A DNA stretch of 63,682 nt, filler included, from Octopus bimaculoides (lineage: Eukaryota): the NCBI RefSeq assembly GCF_001194135.2. It is 4 parts of 3 records of this genome, joined end to end, with 100 filler letters (N's around TTAATTAATTAA, not from the genome) between each part and the next. Parts side by side here need not be neighbours in the genome. Positions count along the whole stretch, not along the records: positions 1 to 28,320 come from NC_068999.1; 3 more parts are not named here. One strand, written 5' to 3'. Positions 1 to 14,675 of this stretch are shown in pieces; the first letter of the stretch is position 1, and each line of letters begins with the position of its first letter. Below the pieces are notes generated by a model that saw only the letters and a program-made list of their open reading frames with translations, was not told the origin of the DNA and did no database searches. A program made the translations under genes and the position numbers.

Positions 1-1903
1 TATATATTTATATACATATATATTTATATACATGTATACATATATTTATATACATCTATACATACATACTTACATACGCACAGACACATATTATGTGTGA
101 GTGTGTGTGAACATATCTATATCTATATTAACACTCACACATGCGTTTGTAGATATGCACCTTTATGTAAGTGTTTTAATTTGATTAAAACATACTTTGC
201 GTAATGAAAATAGTATATGGCATGAAATTCAATACTCTAAGTATAGTGGATAGACGTATTTATTGTATGAAATAACAATGAAATCAGAATTTTCCTCCAG
301 GCCGAAATTATATAAAATGTTTGATCAAATCCTCAAGAACATCGGAAACGTAAAACTTAAGAGTAACATTTATATCGTATTCATCTTACTGCACATAGGA
401 TATCATATAATTTATATACTACATTATTATGTTTTCGTTTTTATTCACATCGAGACACGGCATATATAACGAAAATCGTACTTATAAACAACATTAAACT
501 GATAGAGACATGTACACACACTCTTCAAATTTTCTTTCTTTCAAATTACATTGTTACAGTGCTCTTTAGTGTAGCATAATGTCAATTGTTTAACGATATA
601 TTTTATTTTTTCAAATTTTGATTTTATTATATTTCATATCCCAGGCTGAATTGCCTATAGCTATAATCAGAATTAAGTTCCATATGCTAATGATTGAAAA
701 TTTAATCATATCTTAGGAATATTAATGTGCTGAGGTTTTATATAAATATATATATATATATANNNNNNNNNNNNNNNNNNNNNNNNNNNNNNNNNNNNNN
801 NNNNNNNNNNNNNNNNNNNNNNNNNNNNNNNNNNNNNNNNNNNNNNNNNNNNNNNNNNNNNNNNNNNNNNNNNNNNNNNNNNNNNNNNNNNNNNNNNNNN
901 NNNNNNNNNNNNNNNNNNNNNNNNNNNNNNNNNNNNNNNNNNNNNNNNNNNNNNNNNNNNNNNNNNNNNNNNNNNNNNNNNNNNNNNNNNNNNNNNNNNN
1001 NNNNNNNNNNNNNNNNNNNNNNNNNNATATATATATATATATAAAATATTCAATTCCTCAACTGATAATTGAATAAAACCATAAAGACGACGAGATAGTA
1101 ATAGAGAGAGAGAGAAGGAGACAGAAATTGGGGGAGACAGAGGCAGCAGTTTTTCCAGTGTCTGAATAAAAGTTATTGTATCTTTATCAGTATTTTTTTT
1201 AATGCTTCAAAAACAACTTGTTCATTTAAACACCCTAGAGAATTTAGCTGGATCGAAGGAAAGAAATATTTATGTTTACAGCCTAACCGTCTCACATTAG
1301 CTTTCATATATGCCAATTTTCCAATGAACACTATCGGATGGTTTATTCTGTGTTGTCTGTCTTACAGAATGTGTTTGTAGTTATGCTATTCGCGTACAGT
1401 CACATCCAGCTAGGTCAAATTTCGCTGTCGGAACTATAAATTCTCTAATAGGGTTACTTACCACACAAACCTTGTTTGTGATCAAAGAGAGATATATCTT
1501 TGTTCATATATTTGATTAATTCGTAAGCTCAATGGTGTGATATGTAATTTTCCTGATAAACTGAAAGCAAAGATATGATCTAGATACAGACGAAATAATG
1601 AAGGGGGAATAGAAACGACGATGAAATCTATGAAAGATAAATATCTCTATTAGAGTGATATCATATATCTGGGAAACAACTGCTTCTTTACTCATAATAG
1701 AAGTATGACTGTTTATCAATGAAACAATTTATTGTTATTGGATGATGCGAAATCGTGTGGAATGTATTGGGATATTATCTCTAAGCACTATAGATATATT
1801 TTGTTATTATGGTTTGCATTTATGCAGACAAATTCTCTTGTAGCGGCGTCTGTAATGCAATACTTCACCTACTAAATTATTCGTATATTTATGCATACAG
1901 ACA

Positions 1904-1940
<37 letters not shown>

Positions 1941-2256
1941 GTGTACGTCTATGTGAGTGTACGTGTGTGTTGTGTGCGTGTATACTTAAATCGGTATACA
2001 ATTTGGTGTCCACCGATATTTATAATTTTGTGCCATTTAAAAGAATCGCCGTTATTACTCTTCTTAAATAGAGGGCTTTATGCAGCAGAATCTGTCGAAT
2101 GGTAAGTATAATGTACTTCAGTATTATTTCTGTAACAGATTCTTTGATGTTCCAAACTCAATATATGTCTGCCTAATCCATCATTGTTGTAATTCATAAT
2201 ATGTATAAGAAATATATCACAAAACCTCAAAAAATATGAGCTTGTATACATAGATG

Positions 2257-2322
<66 letters not shown>

Positions 2323-2327
2323 TATAA

Positions 2328-2572
2328 AGATCCTTCCCGAGTCATACAGAACATGGAGCATATTCCCCTGTTTTTGTGGCGCATATATTACCCCTTCCTG
2401 GATAGGTCGCCGGTTCGTCGAAGGAATACATATTTTCGATAGTTGCGTGGGCTGGAGCAACGTGAAATGAAATGTTTTGCTAAAGGGTACATCACGTAGC
2501 GCGGTTCACAAAATTGAAAGAACAATCTTACGATCATGGGTCCAAGACCCTGAACACGTACGCCACTACGTC
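2328..2572 (-). mobile_element. SINE family C copy (tRNA-like head at the right end), degenerate
   Basis: The minus strand reads GGCGTACGTGTTCAGGGTCTTGGACCCATGATCGTAAGATTG...CATTTCATTTCACGTTGCTCCAGCCCAC, a tRNA-like head plus a body I recognise as a common octopus SINE. It abuts a (TA)n tract. Confidence 0.55.
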
Positions 2573-5500
2573 ATCAATAGCTAAAACAATAATTTGAGAA
2601 TATAGTTGACTGAACCTCGTGTGTCCAGAGAACATGTAAGTGATAATACTTTATATTTTATATAATCGTTCAAACAGTTTTATATTTAGCTTTGATCGTA
2701 ACAATATTTTTATAATAATTGTTAATTACGGGTTTTCTTTTATTACTTCCTAATTATAATGATATTTTAGTATTATCTATTAAGTTACTGGTATAAGTTT
2801 AACATTAAAGTATGTAAGGATAACACATATTTAATACGTATTTAGTGCTTTAATTATCAACGTTTGGATTATGAAATAGAGTAATTCTCTCGGATTTAGT
2901 TATATCATTAGTTATGTTCAATCAAGTTTGTTTTGTTTTGGAGAGAACAGAATATAAACGCGTTCACGTTTATATGATTAACTATGGAAGACTGGTAGGT
3001 ATATTATCTGTATCGACTTCAAGAGCTAGGTCGCGATTCAGTTATAACATTAGGGGTTAGTTATACGTTTACTTATTGAATTTATTCAACGATACTGTTT
3101 TTGTACATTGAATAAATGTTTTTCTTTGTTGTACTTTAATTAATAATATTACTGTTTAATCGTTCCTAGAGTTAAGATCGAATGAATGTGGAGATATCTA
3201 AGGTATGTTTGCTCCCAGACAACACTCCTCTTAGTTCCGTTTACACCGCTGGGTTGGATGGTACTGCCCAACTGCCGAAACTATAGTGATATCCGTGGGT
3301 CAGTTGATGATGGAAGTGTGTTGGAATTTTGGTCTGGGTGTTATTGTATGTGCTGAATTTTTTTTTTATTACAGTTCCATTTCATATAGATATATATATA
3401 AATTTGTCAGTGGTCGACCACGGAAATGTGATTGGACAGTCAATGTTACATCTGAAGGAAAGGAAACTCTCGTCTACAAATACACTTGCACATACTTATT
3501 ACATATACAGTCACACAGACCCACGTACAGGCACACACTCTTGTATCATTACGTTTCTACATAGATGCAACCTCACACATTTTCTAACCCATTTTATGTG
3601 CACGGTGAGGCAAAAGAAGGAATTCCTTTCCTTCCAATGTCAAAGGGAAACATTTGTAAGTTTCTTTTAGATATTATGAAGAAAATTGAAAATTTTTGAC
3701 GTATTATCAGTAAGTTGTACTCGTTGGTATTGATACATTCCATCGATCGTTCTAAGGTCAGGAACATAATTGTATAGGTCTGTACACTTAGGATACATAA
3801 ATATTTTTCCTTATTGTCTATATCTCTCTATGAATATAGTTTTTGTGTGGTTGTATAAATGTATGCTTTACTATAATAAATTACTAATTTCAAATTTTTA
3901 GTATGATTATTACATGTCATGAAAGAGAGTCATAGATTTATAAGGATAAATATTTATATTGTCCACTATTGATTATACTATAACAGCAAATATATAATTT
4001 AGCTTACTTAAACTGGGATACGTTGTATGAACTATCGAGAATTTACTGAATTTATGAGAAAGGATCAATACTAATGTTGCACCAATATAATTCACTGATC
4101 AGATGTTTGGATATAAAATGTTATTCGAGACTTGTGTGCAACTCACAAAACACTTGATTGATTTCTTTTGTTGCTTGCAGTCTAGTCATAATATATATTC
4201 ATTCTTGTAGCAGTTAAAGTTTTCGCTTAATTTGATATTAACTACGTGCTCTGAAAGAGTTATTTCTTTAATATTTGGTGTCAACATGATGTCTCTATGT
4301 CGCTATATCTCACAAACACGTACACACACACAAACACACGCAAAGACATGTATGTCTATAATTATACTTGTCTCTAATTTTCTTATTTTATTGACATTTA
4401 AGATGTTTCTTAGATCTTCTAACTGGAATATGTTTCTATGGAATTATTCTTCAAACGCTTGGAATTCAAATACTTGTTGAACTAAATTTCAGCTTATAAT
4501 ATACTCGGATACTTTTAATGAACTACGCTCAAGCGAAACGCATTAGCCTTTTGTACAACATCATACTGACAGTTATGGAGCCAAATATGAAATTAGCCAT
4601 CAAGAGAAAAATGGATAAATTTATTCCATTTTAACACACCAAAATGACAAACTTCAAGCGTGTGCAACATGTTATGTGTAAGATTACTTCAAATCTAAAA
4701 TAAGTTCCAGTCGATATAATCAAACTATTCAACACCCAAATGTGTGAGCCTTGTGTCAAAACTTGAAAGCAATATTAATTTAAAGCGGAAAGTTTTTTAA
4801 AGGTAACTCAATCCGAAACTTATATCTTCAAAACTATCTAATAATGTCGGTAAGTGCATAGAATAATTGTTTTTAATATATGTAGTAGGCCAGCAATTGT
4901 TCGGAGGGGATCCTAGTTGAGATCTCTGAATCAGAACTATATCGCTTTTCTAGTTTATTAATCTCGGGGGAGTGGATGGGGTGGGGTTATAAAATATGCT
5001 GCTGCTCTTGGCAGCATTCGATCTCAGAATGTAAGGTGTCATTAGTAACTATGCAATGTTGTTTTGTTCGAGTTTCTAACAAAAGAGACAGTTCGATACG
5101 TTCTGTTTGCAACAACATAATTACCAGACATTTCTGCTAAAGAAATTCTATCTACAACCATGCCAATTTTATTTTTTCTTCTTTTCCTAAAATTGTAAGA
5201 TAGTTCTCCTAAATCGAAATATAGACACACATTTTAATCATGCTAAATCTAATATAGGTATTTTGAAAGTTAACCCGCCAATATTATATAATATAAAATA
5301 GAAAGTAGTTGCTTTGATGTAACATTCACATTGTTTATTGCTACTTCCTTGTCCAGTGACGTTTAAATATAATTATTTTCGGTGTTGATTTCCATTACTG
5401 AGTGACTGGCTACATAAGTTTCCGAGGAAAAGAAACACCTGATTATATCAACCCAAGCGTTTAGTTAGCACTCGATTTATTGCGCTTAATCATGAAATGC

Positions 5501-7252
5501 AAATTGTACCTCTGCGAGATTCGAAGTAAAGAGTTAACGATTTGGATTTGTAACAAAATAGCGCGAGCATTTCGTTAACCTAAACTATCCCAAGCATTTC
5601 GTTGAACATAAGCCGTCCATTAAGTGTAGAATTTGTAAATGCTTTTACCATATATGTTACATATTACTGTGTTTACGATATCCCTCAAAGTCAATTATAA
5701 ATTTTAATCTGCAAGGATAAACAATAACTACTTATCACTGAAGGCGACACTTTTTACGTTCCCGTTTCTCACCACACCCACTTCCGCTATCTTAATCTAT
5801 GTATCATCCTTGTTTCTCTCTCCCATAATCACTTAGATCACATTATAAGTAGCATGTGTCGCTGTATTAGCGCAGTTTAGAGAGCGTGATTGACAAACTG
5901 TTCTCATCCAGGTTGCATGAAACACTGTTGAAAGAAAACATGGACGGATGCTGCAGACTAAATGGTGGCTTATATGGCATAGAGTTGTAATATCATGTCT
6001 CGCTTCAAAAATATGACAACCCGTCGACCTATACATATTGCATAGAAAAGCATAAACTAGTAGGGCATTTAAATGGTACAATCATTGGAACGAAAGTTTG
6101 AACAGTGGAATAATTAACGTAAGAAACAACGAAGGATTCTCAACCACACGTCAAACAATAGCACATGAAACAGTGACAGTGACTCTTGCCTATTTAGAAA
6201 CACTTATTTCCTTTATGAAATTAGAAAACCCCTTTGAGTGTAGACACAATTACATTTTTTTTTTATATTTAAAACTTAGTGTACTATTAATATAGAATAT
6301 GGAAAGGGAATAATCGATTACGTGCATAACAATCCCCTTGTATCATGGACCACATATAAAGAAAAGCAAAAGCAGCTTCTTTTGAATTTGAGCTCAGAAT
6401 GCAGAGGAGTGTAACTATATACATTGTAACAGCTTTAGAATGTAGTTTTTACCACTCTATTGACATTGTGCTTAGTATAATATTACAGTGATCGACCATA
6501 TTGCTGATTCAATTTTATTCTGATGTTACATATTATTGAATTAATGATCGGAGTTCCTATAAATCATCGATTATTTTTTCCTCATAACTAACAACTATTT
6601 ATAGTATATATTGGATGGTAGAAATTTTATTCCATTTCTTAGCAAAATTTCAAGTCACTTATACTATTGCAGTATTAAGAATTGGTATTCCACAACACCT
6701 GATAAGATTCATTAATTTTGTTTCTCTGTATAATCATAGAAAAACTTAGGTTGTTTGCATAGACGCTCAAATCCTTAAGGGAAAATGTTAAAACGAAACA
6801 TTAAAATCAAATGTTAGCTTTTCAACTTTTGTTTCTCTTTGTATTTAGAAAAGTCTAAAAAAGGTAGTTATTAGATCTTTCATTTGTAGCATTTTGATAC
6901 ACAGTAATTTCAATGACAAACAAGAAATGATGGGTAATTTTGATTCAATTTCCCCTGTGATTAATAAGAGCCTCAGTTATTTCGTGACCATACTCATCTA
7001 TTAATATACATGGGTAATTTCTTTATTCTTACAATAGATCCAATTATTTGAATCGCAGCACTCTCACACCAACAACAAATGTTAAGCAATTATATAAATT
7101 CCAGTATATGTATATTTATTAATTAGCTTGTCGATTCTCGTTTTTAGTTATCGAATACACACTTGATGTTTTTGAGATCATAGTTCACAAGCATTGATAC
7201 ACACACAAATATATTTTCGAAATGCAGTCATACGCCTGTACTTTCATATATA

Positions 7253-7299
<47 letters not shown>

Positions 7300-7430
7300 N
7301 NNNNNNNNNNNNNNNNNNNNNNNNNNNNNNNNNNNNNNNNNNNNNNNNNNNNNNNNNNNNNNNNNNNNNNNNNNNNNNNNNNNNNNNNNNNNNNNNNNNN
7401 NNNNNNNNNNNNNNNNNNNNNNNNNNNNNN

Positions 7431-7498
<68 letters not shown>

Positions 7499-7962
7499 CT
7501 GCATGTAAATATGCTATAATCCTCTGCAGGGTATACAATTGATTGCAAATTGAACTTCTTAACTGCTTCCTTAATTAATGCGCCAGCCAACTGGAAAAAA
7601 ATAAAATATGTATTAACATTCTTTTATTTGTAGCTTCATTCACTGAGAAATGCTGGATAAACTATCGAGTTCTTTGGAAAGTTTGGGAATGTATCAGAAC
7701 ACATGCTTAACCCTTATTCTTCGTTAATCAAAGGTTCTGACGTAAAATGCTATTTAGTTCTGCGTACATTTTCTTGTCTAATACGATCTGCTTTTGATTG
7801 TATTGCAGATATTCAATGTAGCACATTTATAACACACCTGTCTTATGGTTCTATCTGTCCTCTGGTTCTACCTGGATAACCCAGGTAAACCTTCCTTGCA
7901 AGATCAGAGATATGAACACTGACATGGAATCAACGACAATTCTCTCACTCTGTATCACTCAC

Positions 7963-8006
<44 letters not shown>

Positions 8007-8126
8007 NNNNNNNNNNNNNNNNNNNNNNNNNNNNNNNNNNNNNNNNNNNNNNNNNNNNNNNNNNNNNNNNNNNNNNNNNNNNNNNNNNNNNNNNNNNNNN
8101 NNNNNNNNNNNNNNNNNNNNNNNNNN

Positions 8127-8164
<38 letters not shown>

Positions 8165-8381
8165 ATGCCTGTATGTATGTGTGTGTGTATGTGCGTGTTT
8201 GTGTTGCACGCGCGCCTGTATGTATGTATGTATGTATAGTACTTTTCTTCCTTAGAAAAAAGTCTTGTTCCATCTGGGTGCCGTCTTCAGATGCGATGTA
8301 CCGAGGGTATTTTACATTTGAAAGCGCTGTTATTTCTCCAGCTTGGATGCAGGTGGTTTGCCTGAGAGGGGGAGAGGGAGA

Positions 8382-8536
<155 letters not shown>

Positions 8537-8796
8537 TATGGTGCATCTAATGTAAGAGGAATTTGGGTAGAGTGTGCTGCTATTGTATGCAACGAGAGAG
8601 ACGACGTCGGTGTATTTTAATTTAGTTTATGTTTATCGACGTTGTTATTCATAATTAAATATCCGTTTTTGAGGCAAAGAAATATCGAAATATCTTATAA
8701 TGCTAAGCATATTTCGAAGGAAATCTGTTGAAGCTTAACTTATTTACTACACATTATTCCTTGGTATAATTCTGCGTTTAACAAGTATTCCATCGA

Positions 8797-9003
8797 GATG
8801 GCGACGAGGTGTCAGGATTGGGATTTCCCCACGCAGAATTCTTTGCGGTATTGCGTCCATTCCGAGTTCAAATTCCACCATGATCGACTTTGCCTTCAAG
8901 CTCCATAAATTAAGTATCAGTTGAGAACTGACGTTTGATGTAATCGACTTATTCACCCACCCCACCAGATCGCTACCTCTGTGCCAAAATTTGAAAGCAA
9001 TAA
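8797..9003 (+). mobile_element. SINE family B copy, degenerate
   Basis: Head GATGGCGACGAGGTGTCAGG, B-box-like GAGTTCAAATTCC, core GATCGACTTTGCCTTC...GTAATCGACTT and tail GTGCCAAAATTTGAAA. It matches the reverse complement of the copies at 36541 and 40853. Confidence 0.75.
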
Positions 9004-12000
9004 GTATTACATTATTGGAAGGATTTGCTATATTATCCTTGTTTATAGTAAATGTCACTTACTTTATACTATATTAAAATGAATTTCCTTTTGTTTCTCG
9101 TTAGCCTTACGTATTCTCACACTACAATACATACGTAGCCAAGCAAATACAGCAAAGCGACAGTTATGAAGAATATAAGCTCTTTATATAAACGTTTATA
9201 AATTGTCTCTTATTCTTCCTCAAGGGTTATTTTGTTTGTCTTCTGCTGTTAAAAATTTGTGAAAGTCATCATTATATCATGAGTATGCATATAAGATGCA
9301 TATTTAAACATTGAATCATAAAACATTGTGACTGAAAAAACTGACCTCAAAACTGAAGTGTCGCACGTTATAGACGGCTACACTTAATGAGAAATAACAG
9401 AAACAGCAGTAAAAAATTTATTTGGTTAACTTCAAGAAGGCATGTAATCATTAATGTAATATGTGTCCATAAAGTTTCTAGACTCTTTCAGACATAGCTC
9501 TGCATCATTTTTTTGACATACGAGAATAAAAACAAAAGAAAAGAAATTTATATACGTAGGATTAATGAGAAAGATATTTTAGCATGTAGATACCGTAAAG
9601 AACAATGCCTTGTTTATATTTCTGACTTAAATTACATTTCTAAGTATTTAAAACTTCCCTGTTTATTGCTCACATCTTATGTTAAACTTCTTAGACTGCA
9701 TCTCCTACGACAATCAAAATCTAACAATTTACAATCAAATAGCAAGTTTGAAATTCCACAATATTCTAAACTGTTTTCAAACCACAAGTTAAGATGAAAT
9801 ACTAGTTAAATGCAAAAATATGTTCATGTCAACTTCAAACACTAACTAAATACACGCTGTCCCCACAAAAGGAACTTGTATAATATATTGGTATTTTTAT
9901 ATTCTCTCGTACGAGCCAGAAGCAACATATTTTCGGAATGACGTTCGTCATATTTAAGACTTTCCCAAATTTGTAACAGCAGAAGGCAAACGAAATAACT
10001 TCTGAGGAAGAATAAGAAATAGTTTATATACAGTTATATAAGCAGCTTATATTCTTCAGACCTGTCGCTTTGCTCGGTAATCTTGGCTACATATTGTGGT
10101 GAAACGTTACACTGGACTGAAGGGAAAGAATGAGGAAATTTATTTAAATGTAGTACAGGTTAAGTGACATTTAGCAGAAATACCAGGTCAGGACAGATTA
10201 AATAAGAATTTAACCCATGATGTTCAAGAAATCACCAACTCAACGTTAGAGCGTGTCATACAGTAAATTTGCTTGCTATTTCTAGCTGGTTGATCGAAAG
10301 TGCAGGCGTTCTATAGTTCGTTTATACTGAATAAGTCAGCGTGTGGAAATATAATTTAATCCAGCACTATCCACAATGTAGCGATATGTTTGTCGATTTC
10401 ACATTGATAATTACATTAGCCACTTGTGTATCGTCGGCACTAATGACAGGGAGGTGGTTAGTTTATTTGACAGTTATGTTTCTTAGACAAAGATACAGGG
10501 TTTTTACCACAAATACCATACGAACACGGCCAATTTATTAGTTGGCTTTCTGCTACAATATCGAATCAACCATCAGAAAGATTAATGTTTACCAATCGTC
10601 ATATTTGTCTTCGCTCTATTGAACTTTCACCTAAGTATCGGAGAATTCGATTTACACCTCAAAGCTGCTTTGGACTTTTCCTTAGAGCTTCGTTTTCACT
10701 CTCTTCTATCTTCACCTTCAACTGATTTATAACAGTATGAATCAACATATCCATTAACTTCGACCGTTATGTTGAAGGAAACTTGTATTAAGAATAATTT
10801 ATGCACATTCAACATGAAGATAATTGATTATGCGAAAAGGTATTAATGTATGTAATCTATTTAACTTTATTAAAGGAAAATATTTATTTAGAGACCGCAA
10901 GTTTTGCCTTTAAACATCATACATATAATTTATTTTTATTCCCTTGACACTAATAATTTAAAATATTTTCCGCAAATACTAGATTCAAAATTTATTTAAT
11001 AAATATCTGTCTCCAAATAGATTAATTTGTAGATCTGCTTTGTATCTCTGTTAAAATTACGAAGATACAAGTGGCTAACACTGCGATCATATAGACAAAA
11101 TTTGCTTATGCATTTAGGTTAATTTTTGACGCTGTTCTCTAATATAAAGGGTGATTAGTTGGCAGCTACTTCAGATCGTTAAATTAAATGCTTTTCACTG
11201 TTTAGTCTGTCTCGTTAAACTATATCTTGGCTTCTTATTAAGCAAGGGTTTAATTTAGCTTTCATATCACTACGCTTGATAAAACAAGTATGATTAACAT
11301 GCTGACGAGTATTCGATCGACTATACGTGTTCTCTTAATCACAAGTGGTAAATATAGTTGAATAGCATACTGTTGTGTTGATATAATTCGTAATTTAGAT
11401 ATATATCGTATATAACATTGCTCTAACAATATACATTATTTTCGTTTTAGTGGTGATGGAAAATTAGCCGTAGGTAATAAATTTGCTTGAGTAGCTCTAA
11501 TTTAACAATTTGTCCCATTACAATAGGTTTCCATTTTCACTCTACCGATAACAGTTGCAAGAGTTCAGTAAATATCTGTTAATTTTAGTTATTCAATACA
11601 ATACAGTCTGTTTTTCTAGACGAAATAAGTGACATACAGAAATAAGCTACCCCCGCCCAGCAAATAAAGGTCAAATTTACATTGCAATTAATGGAATCAA
11701 TATATTCACGTTTATCTAAAATTGTGCTAAATTTTAGTCTTAAAACCATATTAGAAAAACATTACTACCTAAAAAAATAATGTATACGTGCATATTCTAA
11801 ATAAAAATCTGTAAAATCTACCTAAGAGCTGGTTTCTCTTTACTAACTTGGTGAAGATTCACGTTAACGAAACTCGCAGATCTCTACCATATCTCCGGTC
11901 CTTAGAGTGTTTGCACACAGCATAACAATTGCAACAGAAATAATGATGGAAATCTGAGCACTCTTGCGATTGAAATGTCACCACGGACAAGCCATATCGT

Positions 12001-14239
12001 TCCTGTAAACAGACAGATTGATGCTCCATACCATCCTATTGATTGTATCATTTGAAATACAGATTAAATGGATAGAGACCAGAACCAGTTAAAAACCTAA
12101 GTGAGGGTGCGTTTATTTATGGTAATTTGTGTTGTGGGAGAGAGATGGAGGCACTTATGACCAATTATATCCTACCAGAATTTATGCTACAAACAAAGTC
12201 CAGTGAATGGTGTTATACTGGGCGATTAAAAGTGGAATACGCACTCGAATCTGAACACTGAGTCCGAAACTATAACCTTTTCCACTGACGAGTGAAATTT
12301 TACATGTGTAATAGACTAAGTTGAAAAATCTTTTATCAGTTGAGATCTTTCGAGTAATTAGAAAAAGAAATGATAATAAAGAGAAACCATCGTTACATTT
12401 TCTGATTCTAAACAACCCTGGAAGGTGAATTGCCAACTAATTGATTGGATAGTTTAGACGATGGAAATTTATTACACACTCTACTACACATTAAAAACCT
12501 GCTCTTGGCTATTATAATTTCCTCATACAAGAGAAATAGAAAATATTAAAGTATCATCGTGTAAACGATTGGCTCTAATTTAGATAGAATATTTTGATAA
12601 CTATTTTGCATAAAGTAGTTATAAAACTCTACGTCTTGTATCGCGCTATGATATAAATATTTTACTTGCTAATGTTCTCTTTACAGATTGTCTATAAATA
12701 TTATACTTAGCACTGATTTGTTACACATCTGAATGCGCTTAATGTAAAGAATGCAATCGACGAGGCAAAAATACGAATGGGTGTATATGCATATTTCAGG
12801 GGTTATTGCTCTTCCTTCAGCATTACATCCAACCCATTAGCTATCCATGAATTCATGCCTCAATACCTACTAAATGCAGCGGTTTACACAGTTGGAAATG
12901 CCAATATTATATTTGTCTGTAATGTGAAGAAAATATTTGGCCAATGATTTTGCTGAAATGACTCTATGTGCAACTTATGTAATAGATTGTTGGGAGTTAG
13001 TCTCAATCTTTCAACCAGTTAAACGTCACTGCATGGTGCTGGGTGTATTTAGTGGAGTTCTTTTGTTGTAAGCATTGGGATTATTTATGCCTTACATTCC
13101 GCTACTTTAACAGCTGTAAACTTATTCACCAAAGCAGGGGCATAGTGACAACAATTTTGAAACAAGGAAATGAGGGGAATTGTTTGCCTGAATTATTAAA
13201 ATGTCTTTGCAGTAAGTAGTTCGATTCTTTGCATTTTTAGTTTTAATTCCACCGATGTCAGCTATCCCTTTACTGAGTCCGGAACTTTTAATTAAATACC
13301 AGGCAATTACTCTAATCGACTAATTCTTCTCTCTCCATTGTTTATTTATCTCTGGAAAGCGCAGAATAGCCAGCAGCTACAATGTGAATGTAGGTTTAAG
13401 TCAGGATATTAGGAACATTTCTCACAATCGTTACTCTTTAAATCATCCAAAGGAACCAAGGAAGGCAGACCGGTTTGCGTTGAATGGTATTGAGGATTCA
13501 GATATAAATACATGGGAAATACGAAGGTTTGACCGGGAACCCGTCGTTTGTCGTAGTTTTCTGGCAATATCACGTTTCTGATAATATCATGGTAATGGAC
13601 ACAATGCTTGCTAGTTGAGAATTTAGAGACAAAGAGAAGATTAACATAGGAGACCAGAAAGGGAAACGGCAACAGAACAGTGAGAGGGAGAGAGTGGGAG
13701 AAGGAGAGAGAGAGAGCGAGGCGGTGGTTACGTAGCAGTTGGGAAAAGGAGTGGTAGAAGGATACAGTGCGATACTAGTAGTTGCGCGTAGGACCAAGTG
13801 AACTCTGACCTCTCAGGCACCCTAGCGCTACAAACTAGATATTTGCGTGTATGTGTGTAAAAAGGACTGCATTGTTCATGACCCAGTTTTTTTTTTATTT
13901 AAAGATAATTCGCAAAGTTGTGGGAATTTCATTGTTATGTTTATTTCATTTTGTATTTTTTATCTCATTCAAAATCGATAAATATCCAGTGAACCAGTCA
14001 ACTGCCGTCAACGATTTTCCTCGTCTCCTTTCCTCTCTATCTTTTCAGCTGTCAGTCTTCCTAAACCCCCACATGGTCTTCTCTCAAATGCGAACACTTT
14101 CTTTTTGGAATCGGCCACGTCACGAGATAAAGGAAAGAAACATTTACTTCACTGCCCTAAGACAATGATATGAAGTAGGTCGGCGCCGATAGATGGATGG
14201 ATGGATGCGTGTGAAATAAGCATGTTCTGCAAATAATTA

Positions 14240-14351
14240 GATTCAGGCTCAGTCCGCGGGCAAGTGTCTTCTACTATGGTCTGGACCGTTCAATGTTTTG
14301 TGAGTGAATTTATGAAGCGGAAACTGTGTGGAAGCCCTTCGTAATACATGC

Positions 14352-14395
<44 letters not shown>

Positions 14396-14675
14396 TGATT
14401 GAATATGTATATGTGTTTGTGTGTGCTTGTGTGTGTGTGTGCGTGTGTGTGTGCGTGCGTGCGCGTATTGTCATGTATATGTATATGTGTTTGTAATTAT
14501 CCTGCAACCATCGCACAACTTCCAGTGTTGGTACGTTTGCTTCCCCGTAACATGGAAAAATATCACACATAAAAATAGGAGCTCGAGTATACACTTTACA
14601 CTAATTCCTACGAGACAGTGCTCCAGCATGATCGAGGTCCAATAGCTGAAGGAAGTAATAAATAAGATATAAAAA
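14240..14675 (+). mobile_element. SINE family A copy with expanded internal (TA)/(TG) microsatellite
   Basis: GGCTCAGTCC...GGCAAGTGTCTTCTACTAT...GAAGCCC before the repeat and GTGCTCCAGCATG...CTGAAGGAAGTAATAAA after it. Colinear with 55550-55928. Confidence 0.75.

Noticed and set aside
7869-7887. Small hairpin TACCTGG-ATAAC-CCAGGTA
   Set aside because: A 7-bp stem is expected by chance at this window size.
8747-9058. Protein-looking 103-aa minus-strand ORF
   Set aside because: It is the antisense of a SINE family B copy.
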